NCBI GenBank assembly: GCA_041660165.1
Contig: JBAZWW010000001.1
Coordinates: forward strand, 105,035 to 169,034
Reading direction: 5' to 3'
DNA from: Patescibacteria group bacterium
Lineage (GTDB): Bacteria; Patescibacteriota; Patescibacteriia; UBA9934
Length of the DNA stretch: 64,000 nt
Both the position numbers and the translations under genes were made by a program. Numbering within the stretch: the first letter of the stretch is position 1; the number at the start of each line of letters is the position of its first letter. Of this stretch, positions 38,920 through 48,905 are shown piece by piece. The notes beneath the pieces are model-generated. The model had not been told where the DNA came from, made no database searches, and saw only the letters and a program-made list of their open reading frames with translations.

Positions 38920-39963
38920 ATGTTCAACAGCGTTTTTGGGCGTTTTTCAAAAGATATTGCCGTAGACCTTGGGACCTCAAATACGAGGGTTTTTGTGCGC
39001 GAGCGCGGAATTGTCATGCATGAGCCGTCGATCGTGGCGGTCAATACTCGAACAAATCATATTCTGGCCGTGGGAACCGCGGCTAAGGACATGCTCGGCA
39101 AAACCCCGCCACACATCGTAACCACCCGTCCGCTTACTAAGGGTGTTATTTCGGACTTCGAGGTGACTGAAAAAATGTTGAAATATTTCGTCGACAAAGT
39201 TCATGAGGAAACGTTCACGCTCGTCCCTCGGCCTCGGATGATCATGTCGGTTCCACTCGAAACGACTGAGGTAGAACGTAAGGCCGTTGAAGACGCCGCT
39301 CTCTCGGCTGGCGCTCGCGAAGCATTTTTGGTCGAGGCTCCACTGTGTGCAGCGATTGGCGCTGGCCTACCCGTTGAGGAATCCATCGGCAGTATGATCG
39401 TGGACATCGGTGGGGGAACGACTGAGATTGCGGTCATCGCTCTCGGTGGTATCGTCACCTGGAAATCGCTGACCGTGGCTGGAGACGAAATGACGAAGAG
39501 CATTGTGCAATACGCGCGGGACGTCTTCAACTTGCTCGTTGGCGAAAGAGTTGCCGAGGAGGTGAAATGGCGTATTGGCAGTACCATGGACATGGGCACG
39601 CCGGTTGAAATGGAAATGCGCGGACGGTATTTGATCACGGGTTTGCCTCGCCAGGTCATGGTGAACGACACGCAGATCAGAGAGGCCATCTATCGCAACG
39701 TCCAGCATATTGTCGAGAATATCAAGGCGACGATCGAGGTAACACCGCCGGAAATTGTGGCCGATATTTACGAACGCGGTATTGTCCTGACAGGCGGTGG
39801 CGCGCTTTTGCGAGGGATTGACCGAACAATTGCTCGCGAGACCGATATCCCCGTACGCATCGCCGACGATCCGCTGACGTGTACAGTCCGAGGTGCCGGC
39901 GCACTGCTCGACCATGAGGCGTTACTCAAGGACATCTCGCTCCCAACTACGGCGCACAACTGA
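38920..39963 (+). CDS. mreB: Rod shape-determining protein MreB
   Basis: DLGTSNT, VDIGGGTTEIA, LTGGGALL. Confidence 0.98.
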   Translation: MFNSVFGRFSKDIAVDLGTSNTRVFVRERGIVMHEPSIVAVNTRTNHILAVGTAAKDMLGKTPPHIVTTRPLTKGVISDFEVTEKMLKYFVDKVHEETFTLVPRPRMIMSVPLETTEVERKAVEDAALSAGAREAFLVEAPLCAAIGAGLPVEESIGSMIVDIGGGTTEIAVIALGGIVTWKSLTVAGDEMTKSIVQYARDVFNLLVGERVAEEVKWRIGSTMDMGTPVEMEMRGRYLITGLPRQVMVNDTQIREAIYRNVQHIVENIKATIEVTPPEIVADIYERGIVLTGGGALLRGIDRTIARETDIPVRIADDPLTCTVRGAGALLDHEALLKDISLPTTAHN

Positions 39964-39969
39964 TGAAAT

Positions 39970-40776
39970 ATGGTCCAAGAAACGGGCTCATGGCGTAAAG
40001 CAGTGAAGCCTTTAGGGGTCTTTTTTGCAGTCCTTGGCATCCTTTTCCTCTCGCCTAAAATTCCGTATGTTGGCGGAGTTGTGCGCTCAATTGAAGCCGG
40101 TTTTTCAGCCTTTGGTTCCGCCTTTGGCAGAGGTGCATCACGATTTCTCGCCTCGGAAAACTCGCTGTCAACTCAGCTGACCATTTGTCGAGATGATAAA
40201 ACTGCGCTCGCCAGGGACGTGGTTGAGTTCGAGCGCCTGAAAGATGAGAACGCGGAACTGCGGGAGTCGCTTCATTACAAAGAAACCACCGGGCGTTCCG
40301 GCCTGACCGCGCGCATTATTGCCCGGTCAATCCCCGAGGATACAATGCGGGTGATTATTGACAAAGGATCGGCTGACGGTGTGGCCCGCGGTTCCTCGGC
40401 GGTGGTTGGCCAAGGTATTGTGTTCGGAACGGTCACTGAGGTGAAGGAGACGACGTCGATCATAACGCTTCTCACGAGCACGGCTAGCAAGATGCCCTCT
40501 GCCATTCTTGGCAAAAAGAAAACCATTGGGTTAGCCGAGGGACGGGATGGTGCGGTCATGTCCCTTAAGTTCATTCCGCGCGACGTTGATATTGCCCGCG
40601 CTGACGTGGTCGTGACCAGCGGTCTTGGCGGGCTGGTACCCGAGGGGCTCCTCCTTGGCACGGTGACTGATGTGGTGGACATGGAGAGCGCGCCGTTCAA
40701 AGAGGCGTTTGTTGCTCCGCTTGAGGATCCGCTTGACTGGTCAACGGTTCTGCTGATACCTCCATCCGCAAATTAA
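39970..40776 (+). CDS. mreC: Rod shape-determining protein MreC
   Basis: LKDENAELR, IIDKGSADGV, VVTSGLGGLVPEG. Confidence 0.95.
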   Translation: MVQETGSWRKAVKPLGVFFAVLGILFLSPKIPYVGGVVRSIEAGFSAFGSAFGRGASRFLASENSLSTQLTICRDDKTALARDVVEFERLKDENAELRESLHYKETTGRSGLTARIIARSIPEDTMRVIIDKGSADGVARGSSAVVGQGIVFGTVTEVKETTSIITLLTSTASKMPSAILGKKKTIGLAEGRDGAVMSLKFIPRDVDIARADVVVTSGLGGLVPEGLLLGTVTDVVDMESAPFKEAFVAPLEDPLDWSTVLLIPPSAN

Positions 40777-40779
40777 CCT

Positions 40780-41298
40780 ATGTCTTCCGCAATTCTTTCG
40801 GCTCTAGGCCTTTTAACGGCCCTGCTCCTTGAACAGGCATGCATGTCTGCTTTGCCGTATCCCTGGAGAAGCATTCCGCTCCTTCTTGTCATTGCTCTTG
40901 TTATTATGCATCGCGCCTCCCTTGAGCTTGGCGTATCAGCGTTCATGGTTGGAACCATTTTCATGGTTGTTTCCGGAATGGCTGGCGCAGAAACGCTTCT
41001 TACCGCATCTCTCACCATGGGCGGGGCGGTCTTCTTTTCCACCAGAATTTTTGCTCGGCGGTCACTGGCCGCGTTTTTTGGCTTCGCCCTCGGGACATCA
41101 TTTCTGTATGAAGCTCTCCACTCGGCGAGTCTTGCAATCCGCATGGCGGATGTTTCTCTCTTGGCCGAAATATTTTTAATCGGAGTGGCATCGGCATTAG
41201 CCCTGTTGCTTTCACTGGTGGTAGAAACCATGGTGAGAAACTTTGGCCTCAGATTTGTTCGAAAAGAAACCACGTATGAAGTCCGGCAGACATCTTGA
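40780..41298 (+). CDS. mreD: Probable MreD-like membrane protein
   Basis: About 5 TM segments, located between mreC and mrdA. Confidence 0.65.
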   Translation: MSSAILSALGLLTALLLEQACMSALPYPWRSIPLLLVIALVIMHRASLELGVSAFMVGTIFMVVSGMAGAETLLTASLTMGGAVFFSTRIFARRSLAAFFGFALGTSFLYEALHSASLAIRMADVSLLAEIFLIGVASALALLLSLVVETMVRNFGLRFVRKETTYEVRQTS

Positions 41299-43165
41299 AA
41301 ATGGTCTCTTCGGCCTGCCCGAATCCCTGCCGGAGTGGGGTCTTTCGGGCGACGAAAATATTGAGGGCGTCATGGGGAACCCGAACGCAACCAGGGCCCG
41401 GGTGTCCACTAAGGCGCCTATTCACTTTGCCCGCATGCGTGTGGGGGTTTTGCTGATGGTGCTGGCGGGCGTGCTTCTTCTTGGAAAAACGGCCTATCTC
41501 CAGCTCATCCGCGGAGGGTTCTATAGAGCACTTGCTGAGCAGAATCGCATCCGTATTCACGCCACTCCTTCGCATCGAGGAATTTTGAAAGACAGAAACG
41601 GCATCGCACTGGCCGAAAATTTGCCAACATTTCGTCTGGTGGCGTACTCATCCCAGTTGCCGGTGAAGGTTGAGGAACGCAGAGCGATGCTCAATTATCT
41701 GGCAATGAAACTGAATCTTTCGGTTGATGATCTCACAGCAAAAACGAGCGAGCAGAAACCGCCAGAAGAATTACTCCTGGCGGAGGACATTGATTATGAG
41801 AAGGCGATTGCGTACATGGGAGGCGACGTGCAGTATCCGGGTATTTCTGTCGAGTTGTCAGAAATGCGTGGGTATCCGACTGATGCTATTCCCACGCTCT
41901 CGCACGTGATCGGCTATACCGGACCAGTCAGCGAAAAAGAATACGCTTCGCTCAAGGATGACGGCTATAGAAAATTCGACGTAGTTGGCAAGCAGGGGAT
42001 TGAGGCTTCGCGCGAGGTTGATCTGCGCGGGTCATTCGGCCAAGAAGTGCTTGAAGTAAACGCCAAGGGCGAGCCGTTGCGCACCATTTCAGAAAAAGAT
42101 CCGGTTGACGGCAAAGATTTGACGCTAACGATTGACGCCAGACTTCAAGCGTACATAGAGATGGTGCTTGAAAACAAACTCAAGAATGTGCCGGTGAAGA
42201 AGGCGGCGGTTGTGGCCATGAATCCGCAGAACGGCGAAGTCCTGGCTCTTGTTTCGTATCCCGCCTTTGACGCCAACCTGTTCGCGAAGGGTATTTCGAC
42301 GGAAAAGTATCAGGCGCTCGTTGATGACCCCGACGCTCCGCTCTTTCCAAGGGCAATGTCTGGTCAGTATCCGTCAGGTTCGATCATTAAGCCCATCTTC
42401 GCCTCGGCCGCGCTGATTGAGGGGATTGTCACTCCGCAAAAGACGTTTCTTTCAACTGGCGGACTAAAACTCGGTGATCACTTTTTCCCTGACTGGCGCC
42501 CCGGCGGTCATGGGATTACGAATATCTATCACGCCATTGCCGACTCGGTTAACACTTATTTTTACATGATCGGCGGAGGGAATGAGTCATTCAAGGGCCT
42601 CGGTGTCGAAAAGTTGATGAGCTACGCGCGTTTGTTTGGTCTGGCCACAAAAACTGGCATTGGTTTGCCCGGCGAGGCTGACGGTTTTTTGCCAAGCAAA
42701 GAGTGGAAGAAAGAAACCAAGGGCGAGGACTGGTTTCTGGGCGATACGTATAACGTATCTATCGGCCAAGGCGATGTGCTCGTCACTCCGCTCCAGATGG
42801 CCAGAGCAACCGCCGTAATCGCGAACGGCGGATCGCTTGTCAACCCGTATCTCGTCATCGGCGAGGACGAGGGCTCGACGAGGATCATTGATCAAGAAAC
42901 GGCAGGCATCGTCCGCGACGCCATGCGCACCACGGTCACGAACGGTACCGCTAGCTCATTGCAATCGCTTCCTGTCCCTTCCGCCGGCAAAACCGGTACT
43001 GCCCAGTGGAACGTTAACAAGGTTCCTCATTCTTGGTTCACTGGCTTTGCGCCATTTGATAACCCTAAGATTGTCCTCGCAGTGATAGTCGAAGAAGGCG
43101 GAGACATTACGGCCGCCACGCCGGTAGCTAAAGACATTTTAGATTGGTACTTGAGACAGCCTTAG
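41276..43165 (+). CDS. mrdA: Penicillin-binding protein 2
   Basis: RGILKDRNG, SIIK (SxxK), SVN (SxN), KTGT. Confidence 0.95.
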   Translation: MKSGRHLENGLFGLPESLPEWGLSGDENIEGVMGNPNATRARVSTKAPIHFARMRVGVLLMVLAGVLLLGKTAYLQLIRGGFYRALAEQNRIRIHATPSHRGILKDRNGIALAENLPTFRLVAYSSQLPVKVEERRAMLNYLAMKLNLSVDDLTAKTSEQKPPEELLLAEDIDYEKAIAYMGGDVQYPGISVELSEMRGYPTDAIPTLSHVIGYTGPVSEKEYASLKDDGYRKFDVVGKQGIEASREVDLRGSFGQEVLEVNAKGEPLRTISEKDPVDGKDLTLTIDARLQAYIEMVLENKLKNVPVKKAAVVAMNPQNGEVLALVSYPAFDANLFAKGISTEKYQALVDDPDAPLFPRAMSGQYPSGSIIKPIFASAALIEGIVTPQKTFLSTGGLKLGDHFFPDWRPGGHGITNIYHAIADSVNTYFYMIGGGNESFKGLGVEKLMSYARLFGLATKTGIGLPGEADGFLPSKEWKKETKGEDWFLGDTYNVSIGQGDVLVTPLQMARATAVIANGGSLVNPYLVIGEDEGSTRIIDQETAGIVRDAMRTTVTNGTASSLQSLPVPSAGKTGTAQWNVNKVPHSWFTGFAPFDNPKIVLAVIVEEGGDITAATPVAKDILDWYLRQP

Positions 43166-43182
43166 GTGGTAGAATCATAAGT

Positions 43183-43803
43183 ATGGAATCAAATTGGCGC
43201 ACATCAATTGAAAAAGAAACAGCCATCATGGTTTATTTAGACGTTGCGAATATAATCGGCTGGCAGAAACGGCTTGGCTGGAAGATTCGCATTGTTCGAC
43301 TCATAGAACAGTTACGAGCAATGAATAACGTACGTGAGGTGAAGGCATATTACGGAACGAACGAACGGGCCAAGGCCCAATCAGATGCATTTAATCGTGA
43401 CGTCATGAAGTCCGGAGCTATTTTGAGAACGAAACCGGTAAAATTTATCCGTAAAACGATTGATCTGGGAATGTTTTTCAAAAAGATGACGCTGAATCAG
43501 CTTGATCTTGGAACGACCACCCTCGTGAATAGCGTGGTCGAGGCCGTCCAATCCTCTGGGACGGTGATTGAGGAGCCAAAATGTAACTTCGATGTCGAAA
43601 TAACCATGGATCTCATGGATGACGTTGAACGTGCGTCTGGGTTCATGCTCTTTTCCGGAGATTCTGATTTTTATGCACCGTTAGAGCGTCTCAAGCTAAA
43701 AGGAAAACATGTGTATGTCGTTGGCGCGCGAGGTGCTGTAGCCGGCGAGCTGTTTCGTGTAGCTGACGCGTACATCGACATCGGAAAACTATATCAGCGG
43801 TAG
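43183..43803 (+). CDS. NYN (LabA/DUF88, PIN-like) domain protein
   Basis: VYLDVAN, KCNFDVEITMD, LFSGDSDF, YIDI. Confidence 0.92.
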   Translation: MESNWRTSIEKETAIMVYLDVANIIGWQKRLGWKIRIVRLIEQLRAMNNVREVKAYYGTNERAKAQSDAFNRDVMKSGAILRTKPVKFIRKTIDLGMFFKKMTLNQLDLGTTTLVNSVVEAVQSSGTVIEEPKCNFDVEITMDLMDDVERASGFMLFSGDSDFYAPLERLKLKGKHVYVVGARGAVAGELFRVADAYIDIGKLYQR

Positions 43804-43807
43804 CATT

Positions 43808-43868
43808 TTAAAAAGCGAAATCCCGCTTTTGGCGGGACCGCGTGAATCGCAGTGATTGCTCACTACGC
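43808..43868 (-). ncRNA. Putative small structured RNA convergent with the NYN gene
   Basis: TTGACC-N18-TATATT promoter; CGTAGTGA-GCAA-TCACTGCG hairpin; TCCCGC-CAAAA-GCGGGA terminator with U-tract; no ORF. Confidence 0.55.
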
Positions 43869-44005
43869 AGATAATATAGCAAGAAAATTACGGATCGGTC
43901 AAGGATTGTGTATAACTAAGCTATTCAGTCTTCGTGCACACCCCGCATTGACCACGCCCCCCCCAATGACATGATTCCGCTATTGAAATAAGCGAAATCT
44001 TTCCT

Positions 44006-45136
44006 ATGGGTATGAAAAGAGAAATGATGGCCGCTGGCATGGCAGCCTCCCTCTCGACTGGGGCTGAGGCGCATGCACAGGATAGGGGACACGATGTCGA
44101 ACCAAAAGCGGAAGTGATGTATACGATTGAGGGGAAGGAATACTCAAGCGAAGAAATGTCTGCGCATGTTCGTCTACTGAGAGATGGGGCATATTTTTCT
44201 TGGGAAAAGGATAAGAAAAATAAGGATAAGAAAATTGATGAATTTGTACACTTTAGTTCAGAAGCGTTAGACGTTGGTGATGACCGCGCAGAGAGACAAG
44301 TCATTAGTTGCGTTGATCGACTCTGGGAAAAGCCCGAGCTACATCAGGTTCTTATCCCTTTGGTTAGCGATGTCACGCTGAAATTATCAGCCGAGGCTCA
44401 CGGTTATCTACATGAAGGGAAGCCGATCGACGTTGACACCGTGATTGCGCTGGAGGAGCTTGATTCCTTTACATATGACCTAAAGACGCATACACAGCCT
44501 GGAGAAGATCTTGGTGAACTACGGAGGGTAGACCAAAAAATAGTTTCAGAGAAGCTGGCTGAGGTCTATTTGGATTATCAGCTTTCGCTTGACCGCCACA
44601 CAAAGGATGGAGACCGCCCATTTCGCTATGGTGAGCTTACAACACCGAATCGTTCTTTAGTGTTGACCAATGGACCAGACTTTGACCGCGCCCTCTATCA
44701 CGCACAGGCGGCGGGTGCAGAGACGTATAAGGATGTTTCGGAAAAAATTCTTGAGAAGTATTTGACTGATTTGGAGTTAGAGAAGGGTGGAAGTAGCATA
44801 TACTGGGACCAAATTAGTCCGTTAGGGTGGGTTGGACCGAAGAAAGCGAGCGAGCCGATGGCGCAGTATTTTACTGTCAGGGAAGGCCTTGACGTACTTG
44901 CCTTGGCCGTTAGTGCCGGCTGGTCTGAAAAACAGCTTATTGATCGCCTGACCCCGATGAAGACGGAAGCGTTGCGTGAGGAAGACTACGGCGCCGTCAT
45001 GACCGTCCAGGGGCTTATGAAACAAGTTGAACGTGGTGATTATGCCGTAGATTTAGACTACCTCGCGTCAAATCGTATAGAACTAGTATCGGGTCCCCAT
45101 AGCTCTCCCTACTATGAGGAGACATTCACTTATTAG
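44006..45136 (+). CDS. Hypothetical acidic protein, possibly exported
   Basis: 376-aa ORF with Ala-rich signal-like N-terminus (AEAHAQ). Confidence 0.7.
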   Translation: MGMKREMMAAGMAASLSTGAEAHAQDRGHDVEPKAEVMYTIEGKEYSSEEMSAHVRLLRDGAYFSWEKDKKNKDKKIDEFVHFSSEALDVGDDRAERQVISCVDRLWEKPELHQVLIPLVSDVTLKLSAEAHGYLHEGKPIDVDTVIALEELDSFTYDLKTHTQPGEDLGELRRVDQKIVSEKLAEVYLDYQLSLDRHTKDGDRPFRYGELTTPNRSLVLTNGPDFDRALYHAQAAGAETYKDVSEKILEKYLTDLELEKGGSSIYWDQISPLGWVGPKKASEPMAQYFTVREGLDVLALAVSAGWSEKQLIDRLTPMKTEALREEDYGAVMTVQGLMKQVERGDYAVDLDYLASNRIELVSGPHSSPYYEETFTY

Positions 45137-45153
45137 CCGTGTTGGTTTGCCTC

Positions 45154-45220
45154 TTGACGCATCGGGAACGTAGGGCATAATGGCGTTAACGCGCCCCTCT
45201 TTTGGGGCGGTCTCTTTTTT
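45154..45220 (+). promoter_or_regulatory. greA promoter with leader hairpin and U-tract
   Basis: TTGACG-N16-CATAAT, then CGCCCC-TCTTTT-GGGGCG..TTTTTT before the ATG. Confidence 0.5.
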
Positions 45221-45226
45221 ACAAGT

Positions 45227-45688
45227 ATGGAAAACAGCAATACGTACATTTCTGAGTCCGGGCTCGCCGACATGAAGAAGGAGCTTGAATATCGTATTAA
45301 GGAACTTCGCCCAGAAATTGCACAGAGAATTAGTGATGCCAAAGAGATGGGGGACCTGTCCGAAAATTTTGCGTACCATGAAGCCCGTGATCAGCAAGGA
45401 ATCAATGAAACACGCGTTGTCAATTTACAGGAATATATTTCTACGGCGGTTGTAGTCGAGGAAAAGAAGGGAGGCTCGATCGGCCTCGGTTCTACGTTTA
45501 AGGTAAAAACCGGCGGAAAGGAAATTACCTATGAAATTGTGGGTGAAAATGAGGCTAGTCCCATGGACGCTAAGATCAGCAACGTTTCGCCACTCGGCAG
45601 TGCCTTCCTTGGTAAAGGCGTTGGTGATAAAGTAGAGGCCAAAGTACCGTCTGGAGTAACCACCTACGAAATCATTTCGGTCGAATAA
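45227..45688 (+). CDS. greA: Transcription elongation factor GreA
   Basis: GDLSENFAYHEAR, ISNVSPLGSAFLGK. Confidence 0.97.
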   Translation: MENSNTYISESGLADMKKELEYRIKELRPEIAQRISDAKEMGDLSENFAYHEARDQQGINETRVVNLQEYISTAVVVEEKKGGSIGLGSTFKVKTGGKEITYEIVGENEASPMDAKISNVSPLGSAFLGKGVGDKVEAKVPSGVTTYEIISVE

Positions 45689-45693
45689 CCACT

Positions 45694-47130
45694 ATGATGC
45701 GCGAAGAAGGTGACCGTCGTGTAAGACTGCAATCGCTGATTGACGCGAATGCGAATCCCTATCCGGATGATATTTCTCGCACGCATGAGATCGGCCAGGT
45801 TCTTTCGAGCTTTGATAAACTCGTCGAGTCGCAAGAGCGCGTGATCATTGTTGGCCGAGCAATTGCTCTGCGCGACATTGGCGCGCTCACCTTTGCCAAG
45901 CTGATGGATGCGACTGGGACAATGCAAATTGTTTTGCGGAAGGCAGACCTTGAAACCGCCTATGACTTTTTCTTGGCGCACACTGACGTAGGAGACATTC
46001 TTGAAGCAAAAGGGCGAGCCTACGTGACCAAGACGGGCGAGAAATCTGTACTGATTGACGAAGTACGGATCATCTCAAAGGCGCTTAAACCCCTTCCTGA
46101 AAAGTGGCATGGACTCACGGATGTTGAGGCTAGATTCCGCCAGCGTGAACTTGATCTAATCTCGAACCCTGAAGTTCGCGAGCGTTTTATTACCAGATCA
46201 AAAATCGTTTCTTCGCTTCGCCGATATCTCGACGAGCGCGGATTCCTTGAGGTTGAGACGCCCATCCTCCAGCCGATTGCTGGCGGGGCGAGTGCGAAGC
46301 CGTTCATGACGCATCACAACGCGCTCGGTGCTGATCTGTTTTTACGCATCGCTCCAGAGCTGTACCTCAAGCGCTTGATCGTGGGCGGGTTTGAAAAGAT
46401 TTACGAGATTGGACGTTGTTTTAGGAATGAAGGGATCGATCACACACACAATCCTGAATTCACGATGCTCGAACTTTATTGGGCGTATGCAAACAAGGAC
46501 GAGTTTATTTCATTCATGGAAGGACTCGTGACTAGCGCGGCTATGTTTAAGATCCCTGCGCCGTGGCCTCGAAAAACATTCCGCGAGGCGATTCTCGATG
46601 CTTGCGGAATTGATATTGACGAGCTTGCCACCGTTGAGGATTTGATCGGCGAGATCAAAAAAAGGAAGCTTAAGATTGATTTCAAAAAGTGCGTTGGTCT
46701 TGGCGAGCATCTTGACGAGCTTTGGAAGAAAACGGCGAGAGCGGAACTTGAGGGCCCGATCTGGATTTTCGACTACCCCGCCGAGCTAAAGCCGCTTGCC
46801 AAATCACACGGCGCGGATAAGACGAAGAGCTCGACTGCCCAGCTGGTCATTGGCGGGGCTGAGATCATTAACGCCTACTATCACGAGCTGAATGATCCGA
46901 TTGATCAGCGCAATCGGTTCCTCGCGCAGGAGAAGCTACGTGAAGAGGGGAGTGAGGAAGCCCAGCATCTTGACGAAGCCTTCCTCGAATCGCTCGAACA
47001 TGGCATGCCTCCTACGAGCGGTTTTGGCATCGGTATCGACAGGCTCGTAGCTTTTCTGACGGGGGCTGAAAGTCTGAAAGAAGTGATCTTGTTTCCAACC
47101 TTGAAACCAGAAAAACCCAACCAGGTATGA
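45694..47130 (+). CDS. lysS: Lysyl-tRNA synthetase (class II)
   Basis: PLPEKWHGL, LRIAPELYLKRL, FRNEGID..HNPEFT, GMPPTSG.GIGIDRL. Confidence 0.98.
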   Translation: MMREEGDRRVRLQSLIDANANPYPDDISRTHEIGQVLSSFDKLVESQERVIIVGRAIALRDIGALTFAKLMDATGTMQIVLRKADLETAYDFFLAHTDVGDILEAKGRAYVTKTGEKSVLIDEVRIISKALKPLPEKWHGLTDVEARFRQRELDLISNPEVRERFITRSKIVSSLRRYLDERGFLEVETPILQPIAGGASAKPFMTHHNALGADLFLRIAPELYLKRLIVGGFEKIYEIGRCFRNEGIDHTHNPEFTMLELYWAYANKDEFISFMEGLVTSAAMFKIPAPWPRKTFREAILDACGIDIDELATVEDLIGEIKKRKLKIDFKKCVGLGEHLDELWKKTARAELEGPIWIFDYPAELKPLAKSHGADKTKSSTAQLVIGGAEIINAYYHELNDPIDQRNRFLAQEKLREEGSEEAQHLDEAFLESLEHGMPPTSGFGIGIDRLVAFLTGAESLKEVILFPTLKPEKPNQV

Positions 47131-47534
47131 AGACCGTTCTAGTGTTCGGTTCATTTGATGGCATTCATCCGGGGCATGAAGCCATGCTGAAGGAGGCTCG
47201 CCGGCATGGCGATAGATTAGTGGCTGCCCTCGCCCCCGATAATGTCATCGAAAGAATCAAGGGTCGTTTTCCGAAACATTTGTTTGAGGAACGCCAGGAC
47301 GCACTCATTGCGAGCGGACTCGTAGACCAAATTGCGACGAGTGACAAAGAGAACGGAACTTATAACATTTTGAACCGCGTGCACCCGGACGTGGTGGCCT
47401 TTGGGTATGACCAAACGGAGCTCCGGGAAAACTTTTTGAAGTATTTAGAGAAAACTGGTAGAAAGGTAGCGATTGTCATGCTCTCCCCGTTTGAGCCCGA
47501 GAAGTACAAATCCTCGAAAATTCAATCTGAGTGA
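47127..47534 (+). CDS. Cytidylyltransferase-like / RibL-type FAD synthase family protein
   Basis: FGSFDGIHPGH, PDVVAFGYDQ, YKSSKI. Confidence 0.85.
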   Translation: MKTVLVFGSFDGIHPGHEAMLKEARRHGDRLVAALAPDNVIERIKGRFPKHLFEERQDALIASGLVDQIATSDKENGTYNILNRVHPDVVAFGYDQTELRENFLKYLEKTGRKVAIVMLSPFEPEKYKSSKIQSE

Positions 47535-47539
47535 TTTGG

Positions 47540-47621
47540 TTCCCACCCCGAGGCGACGAGGGGTAGGATTCTAGCCGAGATTCTCGAATAAAATACTATC
47601 CCTCCTATCGTCGGGATGGGA
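47540..47621. repeat. Palindromic element (TTCCCA...TGGGA type)
   Basis: TTCCCACCCCGAGGCGACGAGGGGTAG...CTATCCCTCCTATCGTCGGGATGGGA. Confidence 0.8.
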
Positions 47622-47641
47622 GATCCGTACACAACAGCCAT

Positions 47642-48904
47642 ATGATTGACATCAAACTGTTCCGAGAAAATCCAAACTTCTATCGTGACGCATCGCGCGC
47701 CAAAAATATTGAGATAGACATCCAGCGCATCATGGAGCTTGATCGGCGCGTACGATTATTGAAAACGGAACTCGAGGGTATTAGTGCGCAGAAGAATGAG
47801 GTCTCCAAGCGTATTCCGAAGGCGACGGCTGAAGAACGTAAAGAGATGATTGGCGAGATGCGGACGATTGATCAAAAAGCGGAAACGCTTCAGGCCGAGC
47901 TTGGCCCGATTGACAATGAGCTTGAGGATTTGCTTTACCATATCCCAAACCCCGCGCTCGCTGACGTAAAACTCGGCAAGAATGACACGGAGAATGAGGT
48001 CCTGCGCGAGGTTGGCAAACCAACGGAGTTTTCGTTTGCACCAAAGGATCATCTGGCGCTTGGCGAGGCGCTCGGAATTATTGACGTTGAGCAAGCCTCA
48101 AAGGTCAGCGCGTCGCGTTTCAACTATTTGATTGGCAACGGTGCGGGATTGGCCTACGCCATTCAGCAGTACGCCATGTGTACGGTCATGAAGCACGGTT
48201 TCACGCCGGTGGTTGTTCCGCACCTTGTCAACGCTCGCACCATGCGCGCCATGGGCTATCTTGAACACGGCGGACATGATGAGATTTACTATTTCCCCAA
48301 AGACAATTTGTATCTGATCGGTACGGCGGAACAACCGCTCGGTGGTCTGCACGTTGATCAGATTCTGGCCGAAAAAGTCTTGCCATTACGCTACGTGGCG
48401 TTTTCTAATGCTTTCAGACGCGAGGCCGGTAGTTATGGCAAGGATACGAAGGGCCTCATCCGCATGCACGAGTTCCAAAAGATCGAAATGTTCAGCTACA
48501 CCATCCCTGAAAACTCGAACGCTGAGCATGAGTTGCTGTTGTCAATTGAGGAGGAACTCGTTCGGGGCCTTGGTGTTCCTTATCGAGTAATCAAACAGTG
48601 TACAGGCGACCTCGGTCTCCCAGCGGCACGCAAGTACGACATTGAGTGCTGGATGCCAACACAGAATACCTACCGCGAGACTCACTCGACGAGTACGTGC
48701 ACGGACTTCCAGTCCAGACGTTTGAATACTCGCTATAAGAATGGGGAAGGGGAGACCAAACTCGTCCATACGCTGAACGGCACAGCCTTTGCCATAGGCC
48801 GTATCCTCGCGGTCATTCTCGAGAATTTCCAGAACGAGGATGGCTCGATCACTATCCCGGGGGTGTTACGGCCGTACATGGGCGGGATGGAACGGATCGG
48901 GTAG
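47642..48904 (+). CDS. serS: Seryl-tRNA synthetase
   Basis: LIGTAEQPL, FRREAGSYGKDTKGLIRMHEFQK, HTLNGT. Confidence 0.98.
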   Translation: MIDIKLFRENPNFYRDASRAKNIEIDIQRIMELDRRVRLLKTELEGISAQKNEVSKRIPKATAEERKEMIGEMRTIDQKAETLQAELGPIDNELEDLLYHIPNPALADVKLGKNDTENEVLREVGKPTEFSFAPKDHLALGEALGIIDVEQASKVSASRFNYLIGNGAGLAYAIQQYAMCTVMKHGFTPVVVPHLVNARTMRAMGYLEHGGHDEIYYFPKDNLYLIGTAEQPLGGLHVDQILAEKVLPLRYVAFSNAFRREAGSYGKDTKGLIRMHEFQKIEMFSYTIPENSNAEHELLLSIEEELVRGLGVPYRVIKQCTGDLGLPAARKYDIECWMPTQNTYRETHSTSTCTDFQSRRLNTRYKNGEGETKLVHTLNGTAFAIGRILAVILENFQNEDGSITIPGVLRPYMGGMERIG

Positions 48905-48905
48905 T

